64,000 nucleotides of DNA from Candidatus Eiseniibacteriota bacterium (GTDB lineage: Bacteria; Eisenbacteria; RBG-16-71-46; JASEGR01), in the NCBI GenBank assembly GCA_030017955.1, contig JASEGR010000002.1, positions 10,485-74,484 of the forward strand, written 5' to 3'. Under the pieces are notes generated by a model, which did not search any database, had not been told where the DNA came from, and worked only from the letters and a program-made list of their open reading frames with translations. Below are positions 52,883 through 62,213 of the stretch, one piece after another. Numbering within the stretch: position 1 is the stretch's first letter; every line of letters starts with the position of its first letter. A program made the translations under genes and the position numbers.

Positions 52883-52898
52883 TGGCATGAGTTTTGCT
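52883..52898 (+). promoter_or_regulatory. Sigma54 promoter of the gas-vesicle operon (TGGCAT-GAGTT-TTGCT)
   Basis: Exact -24/-12 consensus spacing. It lies 33 nt upstream of the gvpA ATG, with the RBS AAGGGAGGTGA in between. Confidence 0.7.
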
Positions 52899-52930
52899 TC
52901 TGACAAATTGTAAGAAGGGAGGTGAGTTAG

Positions 52931-53146
52931 ATGCCAGTCCAAAAAGCAATGGCGAGTTCTTCACTCGCAGAGGTTATCGATCGCATTCTCGATAAGGGAA
53001 TCGTGATCGATGCATGGGCCCGCCTTTCCCTGGTGGGAATCGAGTTCTTAAGTCTGGAAGCCCGGGTAGTTGTCGCGGGTGTCGAGACGTACCTGAAGTA
53101 TGCGGAAGCCATCGGGCTTACGCAGTCAGCGGCCAGTCCAGCTTAA
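52931..53146 (+). CDS. gvpA: Major gas vesicle structural protein GvpA
   Basis: 71 aa: [54 protein letters not shown]. Confidence 0.95.
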   Translation: MPVQKAMASSSLAEVIDRILDKGIVIDAWARLSLVGIEFLSLEARVVVAGVETYLKYAEAIGLTQSAASPA

Positions 53147-53261
53147 ATGAGAACGGGCAGATTTGTCGGGATAACCTCATTCCTTGAGTTTATGTCGCCA
53201 AATCAAGCCGCCCCTTTCGGGGTGTTATGAGTTTCCTATTTGCAAGGAGGGATCAGGCATC

Positions 53262-53831
53262 ATGGGGGGATTCGAACAGGTCAAAGACATGACAGCGGCG
53301 GTAGTGTCGAGTTATGACGAGCGGATCTGCGCCGTGGGAGAGATCGTCGAAAAGGGCCTCGCAATGCTTGATCAGTGTCGTCTTGTGGAGCAGGCTGTGC
53401 AATACGAGCTAAGAGAAAGACTAGCGAGGGTAGAGTCTCTGCGCAAGAAAGATTTTGATCAACTCATGGCCCCCATTTTGATCTACCAAAGTACAAGGGA
53501 ACAAGAGATTAGGCAGTTCATGAACTTTTTTCTGAAAACACAAAGGGAACTGGCAAGCCAGCTGAAAAGGATGATTGAAGCGGAGATTTTCTCAAGAGTC
53601 CCTGACCTGGAGAAAATCATCCAGACAAACATCGAGGCGGCGAGAGAACACGTAATCGGTTTCCAGAAAGAACAGGCAGTAATCGGGCGGAGAATGCGGC
53701 ACCTGTTTCTCAAACAGGAAGATCTCACTTTGAAGGAATTTAGAAAGACCGTGGACATTCTCTGTGGAGAACTGGGCTTGGAGAAGGAAGAAAAACTCGC
53801 AATGCCGGCAGCAGTATTGTCGCATTGCTAA
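53262..53831 (+). CDS. Coiled-coil protein in the gvpC position, paralog 1 (189 aa)
   Basis: ATG 53262 follows AAGGAGGG. It shares the N-terminal motif SSYDERICAVGEIVEKG with the next ORF (ASYNERVNFLGKNIVDT). The sequence is helical and charged. Confidence 0.5.
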   Translation: MGGFEQVKDMTAAVVSSYDERICAVGEIVEKGLAMLDQCRLVEQAVQYELRERLARVESLRKKDFDQLMAPILIYQSTREQEIRQFMNFFLKTQRELASQLKRMIEAEIFSRVPDLEKIIQTNIEAAREHVIGFQKEQAVIGRRMRHLFLKQEDLTLKEFRKTVDILCGELGLEKEEKLAMPAAVLSHC

Positions 53832-53847
53832 AAAGGAGGTGACTACC

Positions 53848-54186
53848 ATGGGATTGGCACAGCAGTTTACAAACCTCGGGGAAGATATGATCGCCTCCTA
53901 CAATGAGAGGGTGAATTTCCTCGGGAAGAATATCGTGGATACCCACAGGCTCCTTGGCGGCTTCAGAAAAGACCACAAAGCAATGGGCAGAAAGCTCAGG
54001 AGCGATCTGGCCGTCTTTCCGATTGCCCTGACGGAGACGGTTGATCAGATGCTGTCCAAGTTCCGAAAGGAACACCGGGAGGCCCATCGCGCGTGGCAAC
54101 AAGTGGCCAGGACGATGGCAAGCAAGCGCCATAACTTCAATGCAGCGCTGACGAAGGCCAAGCAAAGCGCTGCCCGGACGCGCTGA
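53848..54186 (+). CDS. Coiled-coil protein, paralog 2 (112 aa)
   Basis: ATG 53848 follows AAAGGAGGTG and gives MGLAQQFTNLGEDMIASYNERVNFLGKNIVD. Confidence 0.5.
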   Translation: MGLAQQFTNLGEDMIASYNERVNFLGKNIVDTHRLLGGFRKDHKAMGRKLRSDLAVFPIALTETVDQMLSKFRKEHREAHRAWQQVARTMASKRHNFNAALTKAKQSAARTR

Positions 54187-54216
54187 AACACGGCTTTTTC
54201 ACGGAAGATCACGTCC

Positions 54217-54234
54217 CTCCGCCTCAGGGCGGAG
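54217..54234 (+). other. GC-rich hairpin (CTCCGCC-TCAG-GGCGGAG), possible intra-operon attenuator
   Basis: Read directly from the sequence. It follows the three promoter-proximal genes and has no U-tract. Confidence 0.3.
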
Positions 54235-54261
54235 CGGACCTGATCCTCCCTGGAGGAAAAG

Positions 54262-54621
54262 ATGTCCAACCTAGTTCAGAAAACGACCCACCTATCCCAC
54301 ACCAAGAAGATACCATGTGCCTTTTGCAGAGGGACAGGAAAAGATCCATTCGGACAACTCTATCCGGGATCGACCTGCCAGGTCTGCCATGGAAGGAGAG
54401 AGGTCTATCTCCTTACCCCTTATAAAGCCTGTGCCTATTGTCATGGAACCGGAGTCGCCTTCAGCACGCAAAATACCTGCACTTCCTGCAAGGGGCGGGG
54501 TGTCATCAGCCTGGGGAATCAAGGCTTAAAAGGAATAATTTGTAGTGCCTGTGGCGGGACAGGAATGAATGCTGAGATGAACCTTCCCTGTGCCACCTGC
54601 AATGGGCTTGGCTCCATTTAG
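54262..54621 (+). CDS. Stand-alone DnaJ-type cysteine-rich zinc-finger protein with six CxxCxGxG-like repeats
   Basis: The repeats are CAFCRGTG, CQVCHGRR, CAYCHGTG, CTSCKGRG, CSACGGTG and CATCNGLG within 119 aa. Confidence 0.7.
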   Translation: MSNLVQKTTHLSHTKKIPCAFCRGTGKDPFGQLYPGSTCQVCHGRREVYLLTPYKACAYCHGTGVAFSTQNTCTSCKGRGVISLGNQGLKGIICSACGGTGMNAEMNLPCATCNGLGSI

Positions 54622-54636
54622 GAAGGAGATGCAAAG

Positions 54637-55575
54637 ATGGAAACGCAGGAAATGACTCTCTTACAACCGCAAGCAGGTAAAGAGTTTGTAGAGACTCCAT
54701 TTGTCAGAACGACCGTGGCGCGGGCTATGCATTATCTTAGGGCCGGCTTTCCAGTTCATTTTCGGGGAATCTCGGGCACAGGAAAGACGACACTCGCCCT
54801 CAGGATTGCAGAACTGCTCGAAAGACCAGTCGTGATGATCCACGGGGATGAGGATCTCAACACAGCCGACTTGGTCGGCGCGGAGACCGGCTATCATGTG
54901 AGGAAACTCCGGGACAACTTTATTTCTTCCGTTCTGAAGATCGAAGAGGAGATGTCCAAGCGGTGGGTCGACAGCCGACTGACCGTGGCGGTCGAGAACG
55001 GCTACACCCTGATTTATGATGAATTCACCCGTTCGCGGCCGGAGGCAAACAATATCCTCCTCTCCGTCCTCCAGGAAGGAATACTGGATCTCCCTCTGAG
55101 CCGGGATGGAGGACAGGCCAGCCATCTCAAAGTCCATCCAGAGTTCCGTGCAGTCTTCACCTCGAATCCGGAAGAGTACGCTGGGGTCCACCGCTCCCAG
55201 GACGCTTTGCGAGACCGCATGGTCACCCTTGATTTGGAGTCATTCGATGAGATCACAGAGTGCGCCATCACCAAGGCCAAGTCGGGACTCTCCCTGGAAG
55301 GGGTGAAAAAGATAGTGAAGATCGTGCGCTACCTGAGAGAACACGGGCAATATGAGTTCTCCCCCACGATCCGGGGCTGCATCATGATCGCAAGGACCGT
55401 CAGGGAGTATGGAAAGGAAGTTCAAGTTTGTGCCTCCGATTCCCTTTTCTCTTCCATCTGTCTGGATATCCTCACGTCCGAGACTTCTCGGATCGGGAGC
55501 AAGACGACCTCTGCCAAGGTGAGGGAGGTAGTAAGAAAAGCGATCGAAGAATACTGCGGTAACGGAAACCGATGA
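54637..55575 (+). CDS. gvpN: Gas vesicle AAA+ ATPase GvpN
   Basis: 312 aa with FRGISGTGKTTLALRIA and LIYDEFTRS. Confidence 0.9.
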   Translation: METQEMTLLQPQAGKEFVETPFVRTTVARAMHYLRAGFPVHFRGISGTGKTTLALRIAELLERPVVMIHGDEDLNTADLVGAETGYHVRKLRDNFISSVLKIEEEMSKRWVDSRLTVAVENGYTLIYDEFTRSRPEANNILLSVLQEGILDLPLSRDGGQASHLKVHPEFRAVFTSNPEEYAGVHRSQDALRDRMVTLDLESFDEITECAITKAKSGLSLEGVKKIVKIVRYLREHGQYEFSPTIRGCIMIARTVREYGKEVQVCASDSLFSSICLDILTSETSRIGSKTTSAKVREVVRKAIEEYCGNGNR

Positions 55576-55591
55576 ATCAAGGAGGAACGAT

Positions 55592-55933
55592 ATGCCAATC
55601 CCGGTAAATTTACCCAAAGGTTGCTCTTCAAGTCGCGGGGCCTCGGACATCCGCCACATGAGTTCGAGAAGAGCCAGTTTGGTCCAAGAGACCAATCGGC
55701 TCTATATGCTTAGTGTCAGGCACGAAAGCCTGATGAACAAGAGGTCTGCCATGGCGCTCAGACTCAAGGAGATCAATGAGCAACTCAAGGGGATAGAGAC
55801 GGACATTGGTGCAACTGACAAACAGTACAGGAAGTTGCAAGGGAACAGCTCGCACAAAAGGAACAGCAAACGTGCGCAAATGAGCGGAAGAAACAATGGC
55901 CGCTCCGTAAGGGCAGTTCCCTTCAAATTCTGA
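55592..55933 (+). CDS. Basic coiled-coil hypothetical protein downstream of gvpN
   Basis: ATG follows AAGGAGGA; 113 aa. This is the position occupied by small accessory gvp genes in other clusters. No motif recognised. Confidence 0.45.
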   Translation: MPIPVNLPKGCSSSRGASDIRHMSSRRASLVQETNRLYMLSVRHESLMNKRSAMALRLKEINEQLKGIETDIGATDKQYRKLQGNSSHKRNSKRAQMSGRNNGRSVRAVPFKF

Positions 55934-55990
55934 CAAAAATGCGCAAATACTTGAGCTTGCTCCAACCTGCCAGCAGAGGAGGAGAATATT

Positions 55991-56524
55991 ATGAAAGAAG
56001 AGAAAAAGAAGAAAGCTGCATCCGTAGCGGAAGCCGGAGGATTTCTCGGGGGTCTTTTTAAAGGATTGGGAGATCTTATCGACCTTGCGGACAAAGTTAG
56101 TCAAGAAGGAGGAACCATCCAGAAGCAAGGTGAATTTCGCATCCCCGGACAAAAGGATGCGAAAGGAGTTTTTGGATTTACCGTCCGAAGCATGGCGGGG
56201 CCCGGTGGCGAAAGGCGCCCCATCGTCGAGCCTTTCGGGAATATCAAGAGGACCCAAGAAGGGCCTGTGGTTGAGGAGACCAGGGAGCCCATTGTTGATG
56301 TTTTCGAAGAGAAAGATGCTGTCCAGATCGTTGCAGAGCTCCCCGGTGTGACCGAACAAGAAATCCACTGCGAGGTTCACGGAGATGTGGTCGCTCTGTC
56401 TACCAGCGGAAAGCGGAAATACAACAAGGAGATTCTACTGAAAGACCCTGTGGAAGAAAAACCTACCAAGGTTAGCTACAGAAACGGCATGTTTGAGCTG
56501 AAGCTGAAAAAGAGGCAAAACTGA
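55991..56524 (+). CDS. Hsp20/alpha-crystallin-domain protein (GvpH-like)
   Basis: The C-terminal half reads VDVFEEKDAVQIVAELPGV...VSYRNGMFELKLKK, which is alpha-crystallin-like. The N-terminus is Gly-rich. Confidence 0.8.
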   Translation: MKEEKKKKAASVAEAGGFLGGLFKGLGDLIDLADKVSQEGGTIQKQGEFRIPGQKDAKGVFGFTVRSMAGPGGERRPIVEPFGNIKRTQEGPVVEETREPIVDVFEEKDAVQIVAELPGVTEQEIHCEVHGDVVALSTSGKRKYNKEILLKDPVEEKPTKVSYRNGMFELKLKKRQN

Positions 56525-56589
56525 AAGTGAACTTTTCCAAACCTTTGCCACGGGTTCCAGTGACCCGGGTTTTAGAAACGTGAGACTCT

Positions 56590-58773
56590 ATGAGTAGCCC
56601 GCCAAAACAATTATCTCCTCATCCCAAACTAGATACGCTAACCCTCCGAGTTAGTGAAGCATTAACCAAAGATGTCGGCCACGGCATTGCCCGTCTCGAT
56701 CCAGCGGATATGGAAAAACTGGCATGTCAGGTTGGCGATACAATCTACATTGAAGGAAAACGGACCACAATTGCCAAAGTCGCGCCAACCTATCAAGAAA
56801 ATCGTGGGGAAAAGTGCATCCAAATGGATGGAATCTTGCGCGAAAATGCCAAAGTCGGGCTGGATGAAAAGGTTCACATTCGCACGACCACAGTTGTACC
56901 AGCCAGGTCCTTGCGCCTGAAGACAACGCTGGGGGCTCTCAGACAGAGTTCCCTTCCGAGCGCAGACCGTTACATGGGGCGTCTGCTGGAGGGTTTGCCG
57001 GTAATCAAGGGAGACAAAATCCGGGCTCTCTTGTTTGGTTCCCGCACCCGTGATTTTGAGGTGGTCGATACTCTGCCCGAAGGGGCCGTGCTCATTGCAT
57101 CGACTACCCAAATCAACATTGAGGGAGAAGAGCACAAGGGGGGAGAAAAACAGCCTACTGCCGTTTCATACGAGGATGTTGGAGGCCTTGGCAAAGAGAT
57201 TCAGCGTATCCGGGAGATGGTGGAGCTTCCCCTCAAATACCCTGAAGTGTTTGACCGCTTAGGAATCGATCCTCCCAAGGGAGTCCTGCTCTACGGGCCA
57301 CCAGGGACCGGCAAGACCTTGATTGCACGTGCGGTTGCTCACGAATCGGAAGCCAATTTCTTCTCCGTGAATGGTCCGGAAATTGTGCATAAGTTTTATG
57401 GTGAGAGTGAAGCTCATCTCCGCAGTATTTTTGAACGGGCGAGCCAGTCTCCGGCCTCGATTCTGTTTATCGATGAAATTGATGCCATTGCGCCAAAACG
57501 GGCAAACGTTCAGGGGGAGGTGGAAAAGCGGATCGTTGCCACACTGCTTTCGCTCATGGACGGTCTCAAATCGCGGGGGCAGCTCATCGTGATCGGGGCA
57601 ACCAACATGCCCGATCTTCTGGATCCCGCCTTGAGACGCCCGGGTCGGTTCGACCGCGAGATCCAGATCGGGATCCCGGACCGGAATGGACGCCTGAACA
57701 TCCTGGAGATTCATACACGCGGCATGCCGCTCGCCAAGGATGTGAGTATCGCTAAATTGGCTGAGATCACGCATGGCTATGTAGGGGCGGATCTCGAAGC
57801 ACTGGCCAGAGAAGCTGCCATGAGTTGCCTCCGTTCACTGTTTCAAGAAAAGGACATCTCCCTGGAAGAAATTCCTGACGAGGTGATTCAGAGCCTCGAA
57901 GTCCGCATGGATCACTTCTTGGAGGCCTTACGCGAAGTAGAGCCTTCAGCCATCCGGGAGGTGAGCATTGAGATTCCCGATGTTCGATGGGAAGATGTTG
58001 GAGGACTCGATGCGGTGAAGGAGACATTAAGAGAAACGATAGAGTGGCCTCTCAAGTATGATAGGTTATTTGAAATTGCTAGGTTGCGACCCATCAAGGG
58101 GATCTTGCTTCATGGCCCGCCTGGGACCGGTAAGACCCTGCTCGCCAGAGCCCTGGCCACGGAAAGTGGCGTCAATTTTGTTTCGGTTAAAGGACCCGCC
58201 TTGCTGTCAAAATGGGTGGGCGAGTCTGAGAAGGCATTGAGGGAAATCTTCAAGAAGGCCAAAGCGGCCGCTCCTTGTATCTTGTTTTTTGATGAGATCG
58301 ACAGCTTGGCCCCGCATCGTCATGGCGGAGGGAGCGACTCTGGAGTGATGGAACGATTGATGAGCCAATTCCTAGCAGAGTTCGACGGAATCGAGGAGCT
58401 CAAGGGGGTTCTTGTTCTGGCTGCCACGAATCGGAAGGATCTGATCGATCCTGCCTTACTTCGCCCAGGGAGATTCGACCTTCTGATTGAACTTCCTCTG
58501 CCGGATCTCAAAGCCCGGCAGGCTATCTTCGAGATTCATACGAAGGGAAAACCGCTGGACAAGGGTGTGGACTTAGAGGCCTTAGCTCAAGTCACACAGG
58601 GCTGGAATGGATCCGAAATCGAAGGGATTTGCCGCCAGGCTGCCGTGAACGCTCTGAGAAGTTTCATCGTGGGTGATGAGAAAGAAGGGATGGGGAAGGT
58701 GGCAGGATTCAAGATTAGTATGAAGGATTTCCAAAACGCAGTGGCAGCTTCAAAGGAGGGCCCCGGGAAATGA
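56590..58773 (+). CDS. CDC48/VCP-like double-ring AAA+ ATPase
   Basis: 727 aa with a CDC48-N-like start ([20 protein letters not shown]...[10 protein letters not shown]). Both AAA modules carry GPPGTGKT and a FIDEIDA/FFDEIDS Walker B motif. Confidence 0.9.
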   Translation: MSSPPKQLSPHPKLDTLTLRVSEALTKDVGHGIARLDPADMEKLACQVGDTIYIEGKRTTIAKVAPTYQENRGEKCIQMDGILRENAKVGLDEKVHIRTTTVVPARSLRLKTTLGALRQSSLPSADRYMGRLLEGLPVIKGDKIRALLFGSRTRDFEVVDTLPEGAVLIASTTQINIEGEEHKGGEKQPTAVSYEDVGGLGKEIQRIREMVELPLKYPEVFDRLGIDPPKGVLLYGPPGTGKTLIARAVAHESEANFFSVNGPEIVHKFYGESEAHLRSIFERASQSPASILFIDEIDAIAPKRANVQGEVEKRIVATLLSLMDGLKSRGQLIVIGATNMPDLLDPALRRPGRFDREIQIGIPDRNGRLNILEIHTRGMPLAKDVSIAKLAEITHGYVGADLEALAREAAMSCLRSLFQEKDISLEEIPDEVIQSLEVRMDHFLEALREVEPSAIREVSIEIPDVRWEDVGGLDAVKETLRETIEWPLKYDRLFEIARLRPIKGILLHGPPGTGKTLLARALATESGVNFVSVKGPALLSKWVGESEKALREIFKKAKAAAPCILFFDEIDSLAPHRHGGGSDSGVMERLMSQFLAEFDGIEELKGVLVLAATNRKDLIDPALLRPGRFDLLIELPLPDLKARQAIFEIHTKGKPLDKGVDLEALAQVTQGWNGSEIEGICRQAAVNALRSFIVGDEKEGMGKVAGFKISMKDFQNAVAASKEGPGK

Positions 58774-59834
58774 GTTGCTATCTCTATGGTGTCATTGAAT
58801 CAGAACGGGCGATAAGTTTCGGCCCTATTGGTTTCGAAATAGGAGACAGGAGGAGAGGGTTGGTTGTAGCAATGCCAGACCCTTCGGCCAAGCTTCCCAC
58901 AGCTCAGACTCTTGCAGCAGTCATTGGTCCGGTGCGGCAAGTGAATTTCGATTGTCTCAACAAGGAACGATTGGTCAGGACTTTGTTAGCCCATCAGGAA
59001 ACCATGGAGACAATCATGAGAGACCAGTTCATCCTTCCCTGTAAATTCGGCACGGTATTAAGGGACCAGCAAGAGGCCAGGGAGCTCCTTTCCCAGAACG
59101 GAACACTCTTGGCTGAATGGCTTGACAGAATGCAAGACAGCTACGAGATGGGTGTCGTTGCAAGCTGGGATATCCATCCGATTTTGAAAGAAATTGCGGC
59201 TAGCGATTCTGAGGTCATGGAACTGAAGGCGCGTTTAGAATTGTTGTCTTTGGAGGAACAGGAAAGGGGGAAACTGCCTTTGGGGATGCTCCTATCGGCA
59301 AAATTGAAGGAACGAGCTCAGCGTTATGCCGAAGATATCGTTGCAGGATTAGAGGAAGTAAGTGAGTCCCACGCCACCCATGACTTGATAAATGACGAGA
59401 TGGTTCTCAACGCCTCTTTCTTACTTTCTCGCGCTGGCGATGACGCCTTTTTCAGGGCCCTGGAGGGTTTGGACAATCGGTGGGCCGGAAAATTGAATCT
59501 TAAGTGTATCGGTCCCCTGCCTCCTTACAGTTTTGCCACAGTTACCATCAAACGGTTTGATCTGGAAAGGATCCATCGGGCCTATGACACGTTGGGACTA
59601 AAGCGTCATGCGGATGTGGATCAGGTGAAGCGCGCCTACAGAAACATGGCACGTCAATGTCATCCCGACACCCATCGTGGATTGGACAAGGGAGAATTTC
59701 TGGGCGTCCATCAGGCGTATGAACTCCTGGTTGAATATTATGAAGGAGGCTGCAAGCCGACGAAGGTGGCCTTGTCTAGAGTGGAAGAAGGAAATGTGGA
59801 AGAACACACGTCGAGTCAACCGGTCTTGGTATGA
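58770..59834 (+). CDS. GvpF/L-family protein fused to a C-terminal J-domain
   Basis: The N-terminus [21 protein letters not shown] and IGPLPPYSF are GvpF/L hallmarks. The C-terminus [32 protein letters not shown] carries an HPD tripeptide. Confidence 0.8.
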   Translation: MSCYLYGVIESERAISFGPIGFEIGDRRRGLVVAMPDPSAKLPTAQTLAAVIGPVRQVNFDCLNKERLVRTLLAHQETMETIMRDQFILPCKFGTVLRDQQEARELLSQNGTLLAEWLDRMQDSYEMGVVASWDIHPILKEIAASDSEVMELKARLELLSLEEQERGKLPLGMLLSAKLKERAQRYAEDIVAGLEEVSESHATHDLINDEMVLNASFLLSRAGDDAFFRALEGLDNRWAGKLNLKCIGPLPPYSFATVTIKRFDLERIHRAYDTLGLKRHADVDQVKRAYRNMARQCHPDTHRGLDKGEFLGVHQAYELLVEYYEGGCKPTKVALSRVEEGNVEEHTSSQPVLV

Positions 59835-60577
59835 AGCACGAGGGAAAATACGTTTACGGAATTATCGCTGCTGAAGATGCTCCCAATTTTGGTCCTATTG
59901 GGATTGGCGGCCATGATGATGAGGTGACGACCATCGGGACCAGAGGGATTGCCGCGGTGGTCAGTAGGGCTTCAACGGATCACTTTGTTGTTTCCATGGA
60001 AAATCTGACCGCCCACATCAAGGTGGTTGAGAGAATCATGGAATCTTACACGGTGCTTCCTATGCGCTTTTGTACGGTGGCTGAGACGGCGGACGAGATT
60101 ATTGCGTTTTTGGAAAAAAACTCTAGAGAGTTGAAAGGCAAGTTAAAAGATCTCGATGGTAAAGTAGAGATTGACATAAAAATAGTCTGGACGGACATGA
60201 AAAAGGTCTACGAGGAGATTGTCAAAGAAAATAGAAGAATTCGGGCACTGAAGACAAAGGAGACAACGGGAACCCGGCAAGACCTGATCCGCGCCGGCGA
60301 ACTCGTTGCCACAGCTTTGGAAGAAAAGAAGGCAGTTGAAGGAGATAGATATCTAAGGCTTTTCAAGAAGGCCGCGGCCGACTGCAAAGAAGATGAGCCA
60401 GGCGCAGACGAAATGGTAGCCCACGCTGCATTCTTGATCGACAAGGGTTGGCTGAAGGAATTTAACAACACGGTTGAAGGGGTGGGGGAGGAGTTCAAGG
60501 AAAGAATTCAGATTCACTGTGTGGGCCCCCTGGCGCCCTTTAGTTTTGTGAACTTGCAGCTGCACTGGGTAGAGTAA
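59831..60577 (+). CDS. Gas vesicle protein GvpF/L family
   Basis: KYVYGIIAAEDAPNFGPIGIGG...VGPLAPFSF. Confidence 0.85.
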   Translation: MKHEGKYVYGIIAAEDAPNFGPIGIGGHDDEVTTIGTRGIAAVVSRASTDHFVVSMENLTAHIKVVERIMESYTVLPMRFCTVAETADEIIAFLEKNSRELKGKLKDLDGKVEIDIKIVWTDMKKVYEEIVKENRRIRALKTKETTGTRQDLIRAGELVATALEEKKAVEGDRYLRLFKKAAADCKEDEPGADEMVAHAAFLIDKGWLKEFNNTVEGVGEEFKERIQIHCVGPLAPFSFVNLQLHWVE

Positions 60578-61393
60578 ATGCAGGAATTGAAAGAGGAGAA
60601 CGTTGCTGTGATCGAACCAACCGGACTGTGGGTCTACTGTGTGATCCACAATAGGGGGATTCTAAACCTGGAGACTCAGGGTATTCATGGGACCAGCCCC
60701 GTTCATACGGTGGCCCATGGGGATTTTGCAATGGTTGTTTCCGCGGAACCGATGAAAAAATATCGCTTGGCCCGTGATTTTCTCATCGCGCATCAACTGG
60801 TCAATGAGAAGGTCATGCAGACCCAACCAGTGCTGCCGGTCAAGTTTTGCACGATGGCCAAAAATGCGGAGCAAATCGTCGAACAGGTCCTAAAGCAGAA
60901 AGAGAAGACGGAGGAATTCCGCAAGACATTTGCCGAAATTGACGGGAAGAATGAGTACGGTTTGCGAGCCCGATGGAAAAACATGGACCAGGTTTTTGCA
61001 GACTTGACCCAAGAAAATGAAAAAGTCAAAACGGCAAAAGAGAGGGCCCTGAGACTGTCGAACTCCGAACGCCATGTTGCTCTGATTGATATTGGCCATG
61101 TCGTGAAGGAGGCCCTTGAGGAGAAAAATGCCAGGACAGCCGAGTTGTTGATCCGTGAACTCGCCCCTCACGCTGTCCAGTACAAAAGGCAAAATGTCCT
61201 TGGAGACATGAACATTCTCAATACCGCTTTCCTGGTTGATGCGGAGAGGCAAGTCCGGTTTGATCTGGCCGTGAATACCTTGGTGGAGAGGTATGAGTCC
61301 CTGATGCAGTTCAAGTATGTAGGGCCCGCGCCGCCCTTTAATTTTGTTGAGATTGTCATTCACTGGGATGGGACCGGTAACACGACAGGTTAA
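60578..61393 (+). CDS. Gas vesicle protein GvpF/L family
   Basis: LWVYCVIHNRG...VLPVKFCT...VGPAPPFNF. Confidence 0.85.
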   Translation: MQELKEENVAVIEPTGLWVYCVIHNRGILNLETQGIHGTSPVHTVAHGDFAMVVSAEPMKKYRLARDFLIAHQLVNEKVMQTQPVLPVKFCTMAKNAEQIVEQVLKQKEKTEEFRKTFAEIDGKNEYGLRARWKNMDQVFADLTQENEKVKTAKERALRLSNSERHVALIDIGHVVKEALEEKNARTAELLIRELAPHAVQYKRQNVLGDMNILNTAFLVDAERQVRFDLAVNTLVERYESLMQFKYVGPAPPFNFVEIVIHWDGTGNTTG

Positions 61394-61395
61394 CC

Positions 61396-61623
61396 ATGGC
61401 ATTCTTATTCGATGATTTAGTTTTCTGGATTGGCAAAAGAGTCAAAGAAATAGCTGATGAGGAGTTGTATGGGGATTCGAAGAAGATTCACGAGCAACTG
61501 CTTTCCCTTCAGACCAGACTGGATATGGGAGAGATCCAAGAGGAAGAGTATAAGGTCAGAGAGATGGAGATCTTGGATCGATTGCAGGAGGCCCAAGAGC
61601 ATGAAGAACAAAACGAGACATAG
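61396..61623 (+). CDS. gvpG: Gas vesicle protein GvpG
   Basis: 75 aa: FLFDDLVFWIGKRVKEIADEELYGD...EEEYKVREMEILDRL. Confidence 0.8.
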   Translation: MAFLFDDLVFWIGKRVKEIADEELYGDSKKIHEQLLSLQTRLDMGEIQEEEYKVREMEILDRLQEAQEHEEQNET

Positions 61624-61677
61624 GAATGTCGAAGAGCAAATCAAGAAGGAGTTGAACACTTTGGAAAGGAGGTGTTT

Positions 61678-61935
61678 GTGTTGGGCATTCACGAAGTAAA
61701 GGTCAGGGTTGCAGAGTTTCTTCAAAATGAGTTAGGGCAAGAGCCCGAGGCTTTTAGATTTCTCAAACTGGCCAAGTCGGATGGTGGTTGGGAAGGAACA
61801 GTGGAGGTGACCGAGCTAAATGAGTATTTGAAGAAGCTCGGTTACCCTCCTATTTTCGACAAGAACCGCTATGCGGTTGCGTTGGATGAAAATCTGAATG
61901 TCATCCGGTACGGACGCGAAGAGGAGGAGGAATAA
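61678..61935 (+). CDS. gvpO: Gas vesicle protein GvpO-like
   Basis: DGGWEGTVEVTELNEY...YAVALDENLNVIRYGR fits the GvpO pattern. The start codon is uncertain (GTG 61672, GTG 61678 or TTG 61681) and follows GGAAAGGAGG. Confidence 0.6.
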   Translation: MLGIHEVKVRVAEFLQNELGQEPEAFRFLKLAKSDGGWEGTVEVTELNEYLKKLGYPPIFDKNRYAVALDENLNVIRYGREEEEE

Positions 61936-62160
61936 GTGCCGCTCATCCATTCTACAAGGGGAGATACTTTGGCCGATGTGGTGGAGCGGATTCTTGACAA
62001 GGGGTTGGTGATCAATGCCGATATCGCGATCTCTCTGGCCGGTACCGAGCTCCTGAGCATCAAGATCCGCGCCGCGTTGGCGTCCTTCGAGACGGCGGCA
62101 AAATGGGGGTTGGCATTTCCTTCGGAAGTGAGAATCGCTCAGCCAGTTCCGAAAGCGTAG
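61936..62160 (+). CDS. GvpA-family minor protein (GvpJ/M/S-like)
   Basis: GTG start follows GAGGAGGAGG. The sequence reads LADVVERILDKGLVINADIAISLAGTELLSIKIRAALASFETA. Confidence 0.85.
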   Translation: MPLIHSTRGDTLADVVERILDKGLVINADIAISLAGTELLSIKIRAALASFETAAKWGLAFPSEVRIAQPVPKA

Positions 62161-62213
62161 GAATACATGATGATGTCTCTGCCAAGGCTTAGACACTTAT
62201 GAAAGGAGATAAT

